Origin: an uncultured Actinomycetes bacterium
GTDB taxonomy: Bacteria; Actinomycetota; UBA4738; HRBIN12
Reading direction: 5' to 3'
DNA length: 64,000 nucleotides
Assembly: GCA_963794065.1 (NCBI GenBank)
Contig: CAWCDA010000042.1
Span: 597-64,596 of the forward strand
The position numbers and the translations under genes are program-made. Numbering within the stretch: position 1 is the first letter of the stretch; each line of letters starts with the position of its first letter. Shown one piece after another: positions 9,933 through 18,979 of this stretch. The notes beneath the pieces were generated by a model that ran no database searches, was not told the DNA's origin, and was given only the letters and a program-made list of their open reading frames with translations.

Positions 9933-11092
9933 TGCTCGTCGATCGCATCGGGGAGCTTGTGACGAACGACTCGTCCTGGGGCGGGATGCTCGGCATCGTT
10001 CGTGACGCCGCCGTGGTCCTCGACGGCGATCGCATCGCCTGGATCGGATCGACCCGCGAGGTGCCCGAGGGGGTCGAAGGACCGCGGATCGACGCGGCAG
10101 GGCGAGCGATGATCCCAGGGTTCGTCGACAGCCATACACACCTGGTCTTCGCGGGCGACCGAACGGAGGAGTTCGACGCGCGGATGCGCGGTGGGAAGTA
10201 CGCGGCCGGGGGGATCCAGGCCACCGTCAAGGCGACGTCCTCGGCGAGCGACGACGACCTGCGTGCGAACGCCCGACGGCTCACGCACGAGGCCCTGCGG
10301 TCCGGGACCACGCATCTCGAGATCAAATCGGGGTATGCGCTGCAGACCGTGCCCGAGCAGCGGCTCCTCACGCTCGCCCGCGAGCTCACCGACGACACGA
10401 CGTTCCTGGGGGCGCACGTCGTGCCGACGGATTGGGCGCACGATCCCGACGGCTATGTCGATCACGTGCGCGGCCCGATGCTGGATGCGTGCGCGCCACT
10501 CGCGAGATGGGCGGATGTGTTCTGCGAGCAGGGTGCCTTCGACGAGGATCAATCGCGAGCCATCCTCGTGGCGGCGCGAGACCGAGGACTGGGTCTGCGG
10601 ATCCATGCGAATCAACTCGGCCCCGGTCCCGGCGCTCGACTCGCGGCGGAGCTCGGTGCGGCGAGCGCGGACCACGTGACGTACCTCAGCGAAGACGACA
10701 TCTGGAGCCTGTCCGATGCCGGCGTGGTCGCAACCCTGCTGCCGGTCGCCGACCTCTCGACCCGAGAGCCATGGCCGGATGCGCGGGGTTTGATCGAGGC
10801 CGGTACCACCGTCGCGCTGGCCACCGACTGCAACCCCGGCACGAGCTTCACGACGAACATGCCGATCGTCGTGGCGCTCGCCGTCACGGCCATGCGGATG
10901 ACGCCGGCCGAGGCGCTCTGGTCCGCCACGGCGGGAGGCGCGCGCGCCCTGCAGCGCGACGACGTCGGGACACTGAAGGTCGGCGCTCGCGCCGACCTGG
11001 TGCTGCTCGACGCGCCCAGCCACGTGCATCTGTCGTATCGCCCGGGGGTTCCGCTCGTCGACACCGTCATCCGCGCCGGCGCCATCACGTGA
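9932..11092 (+). CDS. hutI: Imidazolonepropionase.
   Basis: The GTG at 9932 overlaps the hutU stop codon. 386 aa. Metal-binding HTHL motif (GFVDSHTHLVFAG), amidohydrolase fold, conserved C-terminal LATDCNPGTSF. Confidence 0.9.
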   Translation: MLVDRIGELVTNDSSWGGMLGIVRDAAVVLDGDRIAWIGSTREVPEGVEGPRIDAAGRAMIPGFVDSHTHLVFAGDRTEEFDARMRGGKYAAGGIQATVKATSSASDDDLRANARRLTHEALRSGTTHLEIKSGYALQTVPEQRLLTLARELTDDTTFLGAHVVPTDWAHDPDGYVDHVRGPMLDACAPLARWADVFCEQGAFDEDQSRAILVAARDRGLGLRIHANQLGPGPGARLAAELGAASADHVTYLSEDDIWSLSDAGVVATLLPVADLSTREPWPDARGLIEAGTTVALATDCNPGTSFTTNMPIVVALAVTAMRMTPAEALWSATAGGARALQRDDVGTLKVGARADLVLLDAPSHVHLSYRPGVPLVDTVIRAGAIT

Positions 11093-11136
11093 GGTCGCAC
11101 CTCAACCGGGCCTCGGGGCGCGTCGATACCCGGGGC

Positions 11137-12279
11137 ATGTCCGCTCGAGGGGCTCGCGTGCGTGTGGTCATCGCCTGCCTGGCCGCGGCCGTGCTGGCGT
11201 CCTCCGCGTCGATCACGCACGCGAGCACCACGGATCGGATCGATCGAGCCCGCGCCCAGCTGCGCGGTCTCAGCGAGCAGGTCGTCGCCCAGTCGGCGGC
11301 CGTCGAGGACGCCCGCGCTCGGGCGGACGCGGCGGGCGCGCGAGCGGCGCAGGCCGGTCAGGCCCTCATCCCGCTCACGGTGCACCGGATCGAGCTGGCA
11401 CAGCGCGCCGCCGACACCCAGGTCGAGCTCGTGACCGCGCAGAGCGAGCTCGACGCCGCCGCGGTCGAGGCGTTCATCTCCTCACCGGGAACCGTGCCGG
11501 GCGGCGACACCCTCGCCGCCCTGCTCGGGGCGCAATCCCTCGAGCAGCTCCAGGATCGCATCGCCTACGGTGAGGCCGTCGCGCGCGATCGCGAGGCTGC
11601 GATCCAACAGGTCGCGGCCCTCCACGATCGGCTCGCCGGCCAGGTGGCAACGCAGGATGCCCTGGTCGCCGCCGCCGAGGACATCCGCGCTCGCCGCGAG
11701 GCTTCCCTGGAGGAGCAGCAGGCCGCGCTCGCTCAGGAACAGGAGGCTTTGGCCGGGCTCGCGACCGCTCGCGACAGCGTCGTGGCGCTCATCGACCGCC
11801 TCCGCACTCGCCTCGCGCCCGCCGACGTCGCCGCGGTGGCACAGGCGTTCCAGGGCTCCAACAACGTGTCCTACGGCGAGTGGGCGCATGCGTTCCTCGA
11901 GGTGATGGGCGCGCCGACCTGTCACGCGAATCTGGTGGTGACCATCGCGTGGCAGGCGCAGGAGGGAACGCAGGCCGCGTGGAACCCGCTGGCGACCACG
12001 CATCGCATGGAGGGCTCCACAGATTTCAACAGCGTCGGGGTGCAGAACTTCCTGTCGCTTGCGCAGGGATTGCAGGCCTCGAAGGAGACGATCGAGAACG
12101 GCTGGGACGTCTACCGCTACGGCGCGATCATCCGGTCGATGCGTGACTGTGCCGATCCGCTCGAGACTGCCCGCGCCATCGCGGCCTCGAGCTGGTGCTA
12201 CGGGTGCGCCGGGGGTCAGTACGTGATCGGGATCGTGCCCGCCGTCGAGGCTTCCTTCGAAACCTACGCCGACCTATAG
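11137..12279 (+). CDS. Secreted protein with an N-terminal signal peptide and a long Ala/Gln/Glu-rich coiled-coil, plus a C-terminal globular domain of unknown function.
   Basis: ATG 11137 (MSARGARVRVVIACLAAAVLASSASITHA). Residues about 40-250 are heptad-like (AQLRGLSEQV...EEQQAALAQEQEAL). The C-terminal 130 aa are Cys/Trp-containing and globular. Confidence 0.6.
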   Translation: MSARGARVRVVIACLAAAVLASSASITHASTTDRIDRARAQLRGLSEQVVAQSAAVEDARARADAAGARAAQAGQALIPLTVHRIELAQRAADTQVELVTAQSELDAAAVEAFISSPGTVPGGDTLAALLGAQSLEQLQDRIAYGEAVARDREAAIQQVAALHDRLAGQVATQDALVAAAEDIRARREASLEEQQAALAQEQEALAGLATARDSVVALIDRLRTRLAPADVAAVAQAFQGSNNVSYGEWAHAFLEVMGAPTCHANLVVTIAWQAQEGTQAAWNPLATTHRMEGSTDFNSVGVQNFLSLAQGLQASKETIENGWDVYRYGAIIRSMRDCADPLETARAIAASSWCYGCAGGQYVIGIVPAVEASFETYADL

Positions 12280-12372
12280 AGCCTGCGCGCCACCGCTTCT
12301 GCGTCTGGTCGTTCAGTCTCGTCGGCGACGTGCCGATGCGGCCGGGGTATCGATCCGGCCGAGGAGACTGCC

Positions 12373-13077
12373 ATGCAGGTCGAGGAACGACGCGCATGCC
12401 CGTCGTGCAGCGCCGACAATCCGTCCGACGCGGAATTCTGCTGGCAGTGCTACGCGCGCTTCGTCCCGATCCCGCCGCCCCCCGCGGCGAGCCCCGGACG
12501 ACGGCCGAGCGGGACACCGGCCCCGGATCCCTCGGCTGCCATGCCGACGCAGACCCGATCCGGCGGCAGGGTCGCCAAGATCGTGGTCGGCGTTGTCGTC
12601 GCGCTCGTCGTTGGCGGGTCCGTCCGCAACCTGTTCGCGCCGCACTATCACGTGCCCGAATCGATCGGCACGCAGCCCAGGATGCACGACGCGACCACCG
12701 ACCGCTTCGAGTCCGACATGCAGGCGGAGGGCGACAAGGAGGGGTTGACGATCGAGGCGGCCGCCTACGGGACGGGTGGGCAGCCCGACATGCTGCTGGT
12801 GCTCGTGAACGGCCGGACCTCGGAGAACACCGATGAGCTCTTCAACTCGTTCCTCGACGGGATCGCCGAGGCGGGCGTCACGATCGATCGGCGCGGGGCG
12901 AGCACCGGCTCCTACCAGGGCGCCGAGTGGCGATGCCTGCCCCTGTCAGCGGGGCAGGTCGATGCGGTCGCATGCATGTGGCGCGAGGACGCGAGCGTCG
13001 GGATGACGCTGGATCTCTCGCCCGGGGCCGATCCGTCGGAGGCGCTGATCGCCGCCTACGAGGGAACCCACGTCTAA
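12373..13077 (+). CDS. Membrane protein with an N-terminal zinc-ribbon (CPxC...CxxC), a single TM segment and an extracytoplasmic domain.
   Basis: CPSCSADNPSDAEFCWQCY zinc ribbon. Pro-rich linker. TM segment VAKIVVGVVVALVVGG. 234 aa. Confidence 0.6.
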   Translation: MQVEERRACPSCSADNPSDAEFCWQCYARFVPIPPPPAASPGRRPSGTPAPDPSAAMPTQTRSGGRVAKIVVGVVVALVVGGSVRNLFAPHYHVPESIGTQPRMHDATTDRFESDMQAEGDKEGLTIEAAAYGTGGQPDMLLVLVNGRTSENTDELFNSFLDGIAEAGVTIDRRGASTGSYQGAEWRCLPLSAGQVDAVACMWREDASVGMTLDLSPGADPSEALIAAYEGTHV

Positions 13078-13619
13078 CCGGCGAGCTCGGCGCGGATCAT
13101 CATCACCCGGCGATACAGCGGATCCTGCGTCAGCGTTGCACTCGGCACGCCGGTACGCCCCAGGACGCCGACGTCGTCCAGGAAGGATGCGCGGCGTCTC
13201 CCTCCTTCGAGCGAGAGCAGCAGCGACGCGGCCTCCGAGGCCACCTCTGGCGAATCGTCGTCAAGCAGCGCCCGCAGCCGCTCCTCGACGGCCTCGACCG
13301 TCTTGCGCACGACGCGGTTCTCGTAGATGTCGGCGGTGAGCGAGCGCCGCTCGTCCAACGTGTACATCGGCCGCCCCTGCTGGTCCAGGTTTCCGGCCTT
13401 GCGCATCGAACGGATCAGCTCGCGTGGTTCGGGGTGGCGGACCAGCTCCTCTTTCGACCAGTGCGGTTCCGTGCGGAGCTCGCGCCGATGCGCGCTCTGC
13501 AGCAAGGGCAGCACCGTCGCGAGCCCGGCGGCGTGTACATCGCCGCGCACGATCCGGCGCAGGAGCGTCAGCTCGCCACGCGCAACGCGGTTCGGCTCAG
13601 AAGTAGGAAACGAAACCAT
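13074..13619 (-). CDS. Arg/Glu-rich 181-aa protein translationally overlapping the McrB-like gene. Possible McrC-N-terminal-like partner without a nuclease domain.
   Basis: The ATG at 13619 lies 23 nt inside the 3' end of the upstream McrB-like CDS in another frame. GC3 of the frame is high after the first codons. No PD-(D/E)xK, HNH or GIY motif seen. Its stop overlaps the convergent gene's stop (cTAa). Confidence 0.5.
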   Translation of the reverse strand: MVSFPTSEPNRVARGELTLLRRIVRGDVHAAGLATVLPLLQSAHRRELRTEPHWSKEELVRHPEPRELIRSMRKAGNLDQQGRPMYTLDERRSLTADIYENRVVRKTVEAVEERLRALLDDDSPEVASEAASLLLSLEGGRRRASFLDDVGVLGRTGVPSATLTQDPLYRRVMMIRAELAG

Positions 13620-14625
13620 GCGCGTTCAGCTCCGCGCGCATCGCCCGCGCCTTGGCATTCGCGAGGGGGTAGGTCGTGTTCGTGAGTGAGATGAAGGCGT
13701 CGATCGCGGGGCCAGCGTCGGCGTCGCCACGCAGGCGCGGCAAGACCTTCTGGACCAGTTGCTCGTCGATCGCGTGCGCGGGGTCGGTGCCGATCTCCGC
13801 GGCGGCGATCACGTAGGCGTTGATCTCGTCGAGCACGCGGAACCCGAAGGGCGCGACCTCGACCAGCGTGTCCCAGACCCTCAGCACGATGTCTGCCCAG
13901 GGGTAGCCGTCCATATGGGCGGCGACCATGTCGCGCGGCAGCGGGAGCTCCAAGATCTGCGCACGGTCGTACACCTTGTCGGCGAAGCCGTGGGTCGTCT
14001 CGTCGATGTTGACCGTGCCGGAGAACTTGAGGTTGGGCGTGAGCTCGACCGTGTGTCCGGGCGCGAGGTCGAGTCGTGCGATGCCCTCGCGGGTGCGGAC
14101 CTCCATCGCGGACAAGAAGCGACTGAAGTAGTGCTCGACGCGCGCGAGGTTCATCTCGTCCAGGATCACGTGGAATTCGCGGGCGAGCCGACCCGCCTGG
14201 TTCGATGCGTTCCACTCGCGCGCGGAGTCGGCGACGAACTCGCTGAACGGTGTGTGGTGATAGAAACCGTCCAGCGGGGAGAGGTACCCGAGCAGGTCCT
14301 CGTTGGACGACCAGCTGGGGTCGACGGCCACGAGCTTCTGCCTCGCCTGGATCGTGTTCGCGTAGGCCTGGGCGAGCCACGTCTTGCCGGTACCGCTGGG
14401 GCCGCACAGGATCACGAAGCCACGAGTGGATGTCGCCAGGTGGTAGCGGCGGATGACGTCGTCGGAGATGCGGAAAGTCGGGTTCTCGGTCCGGAACCGA
14501 CCCAGCAGTTCCTCGAAGACATCTCCTGCCATCGAACGGGTTGCGGCGCTCACGTTTTCGCTTGTTGTCGCCATCCTGGGGAAGTCCTCCGCGTCCGCCG
14601 CGAGCCGACGGCGTCCAGCGACCAT
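13597..14625 (-). CDS. McrB-family AAA+ (AAA_5) GTPase, short form without an N-terminal DNA-binding domain.
   Basis: Walker A (ILCGPSGTGKT). McrB-specific segments DPSWSSNEDLLGYLSP (cf. SYSYEDFIQGYRP), ILDEMNLARVEHYFSRFLSAME (cf. IDEINRANLSKVFGE) and GTVNIDETTHGFADKVYDRAQIL (cf. MNTADRS...RRRF). An alternative start at 14574 is possible. Confidence 0.75.
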   Translation of the reverse strand: MVAGRRRLAADAEDFPRMATTSENVSAATRSMAGDVFEELLGRFRTENPTFRISDDVIRRYHLATSTRGFVILCGPSGTGKTWLAQAYANTIQARQKLVAVDPSWSSNEDLLGYLSPLDGFYHHTPFSEFVADSAREWNASNQAGRLAREFHVILDEMNLARVEHYFSRFLSAMEVRTREGIARLDLAPGHTVELTPNLKFSGTVNIDETTHGFADKVYDRAQILELPLPRDMVAAHMDGYPWADIVLRVWDTLVEVAPFGFRVLDEINAYVIAAAEIGTDPAHAIDEQLVQKVLPRLRGDADAGPAIDAFISLTNTTYPLANAKARAMRAELNAHGFVSYF

Positions 14626-14687
14626 ACCCGGCCGGGCGCGGCTGCGCCATCAGCCCTTCGTACGGGGGGGAGGCCGAACGGCCGAGG

Positions 14688-15575
14688 TCACTCGGATTCG
14701 GCGCTGTTCAGGGCGGCCAGGACACGCTGGATGGGCCCCTTCAGGCCAAGATCGGCCGCGTCGGCCACCAGACCGGCGTCGTCGCGGTCCCCCGCCCACA
14801 GGCTGAGGGGGGCCACGCCGTTCACGGGCACCAGCTGTTGCATCGTGGCCAGATAGTCGCGCGCCTCGAGGAGCTTCGCGCGCACCGCCGGCTTGATCGC
14901 GGTTGTGCCGGCGGCCGCCGCGTCGAGCATCGCGTCGATCGAGGGGTACGCCACCACGAGATCGCGGGCGGTCTTCTCACCGACGCCGCGCACCCCGGGC
15001 AGCCCGTCGGAGGGATCGCCGCGCAGGATCGCGAACTCGCCGTAGCGGGACGCGGGAACGCCGTACTTCGCGAGCACGCCCGCCTCGTCGTACTCCGCGA
15101 GCTCCGAGACCCCGCGCACCGTGAAGAGGAGCCGCACGACCGGGTCGCGCACCAGCTGGATCAGGTCCCGATCGCCGCTCACGATGTCGATCCGATCGTC
15201 ATCGGTGGCTTCGAGGCAGAACGCGCCGATCGCGTCCTCGGCCTCCCAGCCCTCGGTCTGGGCCTGGAGCATCCCGGTGCGATCGAGCACCTCGCGCAAC
15301 AGGGCGAACTGCGGCGTGAGGTCCTCCGGCTCGGGCGGCCGCGCGGCCTTGTACCCGGGATACATGTCGGTGCGTGTGATCGGGCGCCAATCGTGGTCGT
15401 AGACGTGCACGACCTCGTCGGGCCGTCGATCGACGATCAACTTGGTCACCATGTCGAGGTAGCCGTGAACGGCCCCCACGGGACGCCCGTCCTTGGCGAA
15501 GACGCCCGGCTCCTTCAACGCGAAGTACGCCCGATAGGTCAGGCTGGAGACGTCCAGAAGCAACCGGTGCGTCAT
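14688..15575 (-). CDS. Stand-alone 5'-3' exonuclease / flap endonuclease (Pol I N-terminal-domain-like, ExoIX/FenA-type).
   Basis: ATG 15575 (MTHRLLLDVSSLTYRAYFAL...). Conserved acidic clusters (AEDAIGAFC, IVSGDRDLIQL). H3TH motif (GLPGVRGVGEKTA). 295 aa. Confidence 0.8.
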   Translation of the reverse strand: MTHRLLLDVSSLTYRAYFALKEPGVFAKDGRPVGAVHGYLDMVTKLIVDRRPDEVVHVYDHDWRPITRTDMYPGYKAARPPEPEDLTPQFALLREVLDRTGMLQAQTEGWEAEDAIGAFCLEATDDDRIDIVSGDRDLIQLVRDPVVRLLFTVRGVSELAEYDEAGVLAKYGVPASRYGEFAILRGDPSDGLPGVRGVGEKTARDLVVAYPSIDAMLDAAAAGTTAIKPAVRAKLLEARDYLATMQQLVPVNGVAPLSLWAGDRDDAGLVADAADLGLKGPIQRVLAALNSAESE

Positions 15576-15961
15576 GCGATCACGTGTTCCACGGGGCAGC
15601 CGTCGGCGAGCGTGCGGGACACCGTGCAGAGATCGGTGGCCGTCTTGGACCGGGCCCGTTCGACCTTGACAGGGTCCGGTTCCCCATGTACGTGGTAGCG
15701 CACCCGCAGCCACTGCATCCTTGCGTCTTCCTTGTCGCCGTCGACCTCGATCCGCAGAGGCTCGACGGGATCGCGCTGCTTGCGCATCAGAAGGGCGAAG
15801 TCGACGGCGCTGCAGCTGCCGAGCGCGGCGAGCATGAGCTCGAGCGGCGACAGGCCCAAGACCCCGTTCACGTCCACGGTGAGCTGCGTGCCATGCCTGT
15901 TCGTGACGGTCACGGTGTCGTCGGGGTGCACGGTCATCTCGAGGTGCCGGTTGCCGGTCAT
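15572..15961 (-). CDS. OsmC/Ohr family peroxiredoxin-like protein.
   Basis: 129 aa with LELMLAALGSCSAVDFALLM and DLCTVSRTL Cys-containing motifs typical of OsmC. Overlaps the exonuclease start by 4 nt (ATGA). Confidence 0.8.
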   Translation of the reverse strand: MTGNRHLEMTVHPDDTVTVTNRHGTQLTVDVNGVLGLSPLELMLAALGSCSAVDFALLMRKQRDPVEPLRIEVDGDKEDARMQWLRVRYHVHGEPDPVKVERARSKTATDLCTVSRTLADGCPVEHVIA

Positions 15962-15996
15962 GCGCCCAGGGTAGACCGGTGCGGTACCGTTCTGCG

Positions 15997-17205
15997 ATGC
16001 CGTCGCGACCGCGCACCGCCGCAGACCTCGGGCTCATGGTCGGGCCACCGCCGTATCCGCCCGAGCGCCTCGTCTCATTGGCCAACTGGCAGGACCCACC
16101 CTTCAACCGGTGGGGGTTCCAGCACGTGCGCGACCTGATCCCGACCTCGCGCATCGCCAGGGGTGAGCGCTCGCGAGCGTTCCCGCGCGCCGAGCGGGAT
16201 CTCGGTGGGCTCAGGCTCCAGCTCGGCCGGCGCAGCGTGGGACTCCAGCGATTCCTCGAAGAGACCTACACCGACGGGCTGCTCGTCCTGCATCGGGGGC
16301 GCGTGGTAACGGAGCGCTACGCCAACGGCATGACCCCCGCCACGCCGCATCTGTTGATGTCCGTGTCGAAGTCGGTCACGTCGGCGGTCTGCGGCGTGCT
16401 GGTGGACCGCGGGATCCTCGCACCCTCCGATCTGCTCACGGAGCACATCCCGGAACTCGCCGCCACCTCATGGGAGGGCTGCACGGTGCGGCACCTGCTC
16501 GACATGCGCGCCGGCACGCGCTTCAACGAGGACTACGACGATCTTGCGGCCGACGTGCGCGTCTACGAGCAGATCTACCAATGGCGGCCAAAGACGCGTC
16601 GCCATCTGCCCGACGACATCACCGCGTACTTCCCGACCCTTCGGAACAAGGGTCCGCACGGGGGGCCTTTCGACTACCGCTCGGTGCTGACCGACGTGCT
16701 CGGTTGGGTGCTGGAACGAGCGGCGGGGGCGCGGCTGCCGGAGCTGATGTCGCGCGAGCTGTGGCAGCCGATGGGCGCGGAGTTCGACGCCGAGATCACG
16801 GTCGATGCACGGGGCAACGCGATGGCCGATGGCGGCGTGTCGTGCACCCTGCGCGACCTTGCTCGGTTCGGGCAGGTGCTCGCCGACGGCGGCAGGCGGG
16901 TGATCCCGCGTGCGTGGATCCGAGACACGCTGACGCCCGACCACGACACGGTCGCGGCCTTCGCATCGACCGCGGACGCCCGCGAGCTCGCGGCCGGCTC
17001 GTACTACCGCAACCAGTTCTGGGTGGTGGATCCGGCCGCACCGATCTACATGGGGTCCGGGATCAACGGCCAGACGGTATTCGTGCACGGTCCGGCGAAG
17101 GTCGTGATCGCGAAGTTCTCCACCTGGCCGGTCGCCTGGACCGCGCGGTTCTCGATCCTGACGCGCCAGGGCCTGACGTCGCTGGCGGAACAGATCGCCG
17201 GCTGA
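15997..17205 (+). CDS. Serine hydrolase of the beta-lactamase/transpeptidase superfamily (class C-like).
   Basis: SVSKSVT (SxxK) motif. YxN-like and C-terminal conserved regions. 402 aa from ATG 15997. The ORF-track start at 15979 is also possible. Confidence 0.75.
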   Translation: MPSRPRTAADLGLMVGPPPYPPERLVSLANWQDPPFNRWGFQHVRDLIPTSRIARGERSRAFPRAERDLGGLRLQLGRRSVGLQRFLEETYTDGLLVLHRGRVVTERYANGMTPATPHLLMSVSKSVTSAVCGVLVDRGILAPSDLLTEHIPELAATSWEGCTVRHLLDMRAGTRFNEDYDDLAADVRVYEQIYQWRPKTRRHLPDDITAYFPTLRNKGPHGGPFDYRSVLTDVLGWVLERAAGARLPELMSRELWQPMGAEFDAEITVDARGNAMADGGVSCTLRDLARFGQVLADGGRRVIPRAWIRDTLTPDHDTVAAFASTADARELAAGSYYRNQFWVVDPAAPIYMGSGINGQTVFVHGPAKVVIAKFSTWPVAWTARFSILTRQGLTSLAEQIAG

Positions 17206-17208
17206 GCG

Positions 17209-17938
17209 TCAGCCGCCGCGAACCGCGGTGATCAGCGCCAGGACTCCGGAGAGCGCCAGCAGCGCCAGCGACCGCCGCGCGGAACGGGCCCTGGTGCACG
17301 CGCGTGGCGAACCGATCGCCCAGCAACGCTCCGAGCGCCGCCGCAGGCAATCCGACCAGCACGATCGGCCCGACCTCGTGGACGAACAAGCCCTGCGACC
17401 AGAACAGCAAGAGCGCGACCGCGCCCTCGACGAAGAAGCACGCCTGCAGGGTGGCGCGGAACGGCTCAGGCTCCATCCCGGTCGCTTGGAAGGCGATCAC
17501 GAGCGGCGGGCCGTTCGTCCCCACGCTCGAGGCCAACGCGCCGGAGGCGAACCCCGCGGTGAGCTCGGTCGTCCGCCCCGTCGGCAATCGCATCCCTCGC
17601 CAGAGCCATGCGGTGAGCACCAGGATGATCACGCCGATGATCGCGGTCAGCACCTGATCGTCGGCGCGCGTGAGCACCAGGATGCCGATCGGCATGCCGA
17701 GCAGCGCCGCGGCCGTGACCGTGATGGCCTCGCGGCGCTGGATGTCGGCGCGCCAGCGCAGAGCGTTCCAGGCGACGAGCGGCACGCCGACCGAGCTCAT
17801 CGCGACGACGGCGACCTTCGGACCGAACAGCAGCGTGAGCCCCGGTACGACGATCAACGCGAACCCGAACCCCGTGATCGACTGGGTGGCCGCCGCGAAC
17901 CCGGTGAGCAGGACGACCGCAAGGAGCGCGGCGATCAT
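17209..17938 (-). pseudogene. TSUP/TauE/SafE (DUF81) family anion exporter with an apparent frameshift near its 3' end (about 17250-17275).
   Basis: The family-typical last TM helix LALLALSGVLALITAVRGG-stop is encoded in the -1 frame and ends at 17209. The annotated frame instead continues into hydrophilic junk (AGAAGALRSPGADHRGS...) and overlaps the convergent hydrolase gene by 143 nt. Confidence 0.65.
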
Positions 17939-18972
17939 GCGTGGAACGGATCGGGCATCGCGCGCGCGACCGCGATGGCGCGATCGAGCAGGGCGTCCGC
18001 CCCGCTGATGTTCGACTCCGCACCAGAGTTCGCCGAGACGCGGTTCTCGTCGACGCCGTCGGCGACCCGGCCGCGAACCGGATCGTAGGTCGGAGCGTTC
18101 GCCACGTTGCGTCCGTCGAACCAGGCCCGAGCGTCGACCGCGGCGGCCGACCAGCGATCCTCACCGGTCGCGGCGTGCAGCCGATCGGCCACGACGACGC
18201 ACGAGGACACCTCGTACGCCATCGAGTGGGTCCCCGCGAACGCCTTCTCGATCGCCGGCAGGACGAACGCCTCCGCGCTCGCGATCGCCGCGGCGGTCAA
18301 CGCGGCGTCGCCCAGGAGCGCTCCGGTGGTCGCGAGCACCCCCTCCTGGATGTGGGCCCATAGGTGGGGCTCCCCGACCTCGTACGCCGAGTTCTTGAGC
18401 ACGACGCCATCTCGACAGTCGACCAATTCCTGCGCCCACGTGCGGATCCACCGGATCACGTCGCGATCCCCGGCCTCCGCGCAGCGGAGCGCCGCCAGCA
18501 GGTGCAGCGATCGGATGTCGGGCGGCGCCTCTTCGGCGGCCGCACGGGTGATGCCCCGCAGGAACGCCGGCCGCGCTCGCTCGTCCTCGAGGGCCTCGGC
18601 GGCATGCCCGACACCGACGAGCGCTCGCGCGAGCCAGAAGTTCTGCCCTGGGCGCGAGGTGATGCCCCGTCGGTTCTTGTCCCCGTTCCAGTCGTGCACG
18701 AAGTTCAGCCAGGAGCCGTCGGGCTCCTGCATCCACAGCACGAAGTCCAGGAGTCCGCGCGCCCAGCGATCGACCCAGGGAAGCCTCGTCGTCTCGTAGA
18801 TCGAGCAGAGGACGTCGAGCAGGCGTGCGGTGTCATCGACGCACGCCACCCCCTCGAAGCCGGACTCACGTGCCGTCACGACGCCGTCGGGGTGCTCATA
18901 GATCGCGATCGCGAGGGCCTCCGGACCGGCGGCCGGCACCGGCTCGGTGAGACGCCAGAGTTGTCGAAGCAC
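17935..18972 (-). CDS. (alpha/alpha)6-barrel carbohydrate epimerase/hydrolase-like protein (AGE / GH-like superfamily).
   Basis: 345 aa, Trp/Asp-rich, with periodic helical hairpin pattern (DGSWLNFVHDWNGDKNRRG, WLARALVGVGHAAEAL). Genomic association with the GH130 gene. The assignment is tentative. Confidence 0.45.
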   Translation of the reverse strand: MLRQLWRLTEPVPAAGPEALAIAIYEHPDGVVTARESGFEGVACVDDTARLLDVLCSIYETTRLPWVDRWARGLLDFVLWMQEPDGSWLNFVHDWNGDKNRRGITSRPGQNFWLARALVGVGHAAEALEDERARPAFLRGITRAAAEEAPPDIRSLHLLAALRCAEAGDRDVIRWIRTWAQELVDCRDGVVLKNSAYEVGEPHLWAHIQEGVLATTGALLGDAALTAAAIASAEAFVLPAIEKAFAGTHSMAYEVSSCVVVADRLHAATGEDRWSAAAVDARAWFDGRNVANAPTYDPVRGRVADGVDENRVSANSGAESNISGADALLDRAIAVARAMPDPFHA

Positions 18973-18979
18973 GGGTTCC

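Noticed and set aside
13074-13619. Interpreting the 181-aa ORF as a frameshifted C-terminal extension of the McrB-like protein
   Set aside because: It has its own ATG, 23 nt inside the McrB-like 3' end. The McrB-like protein already ends with the family-typical C-terminus, and McrB/McrC-type gene pairs are classically overlapped in this way.
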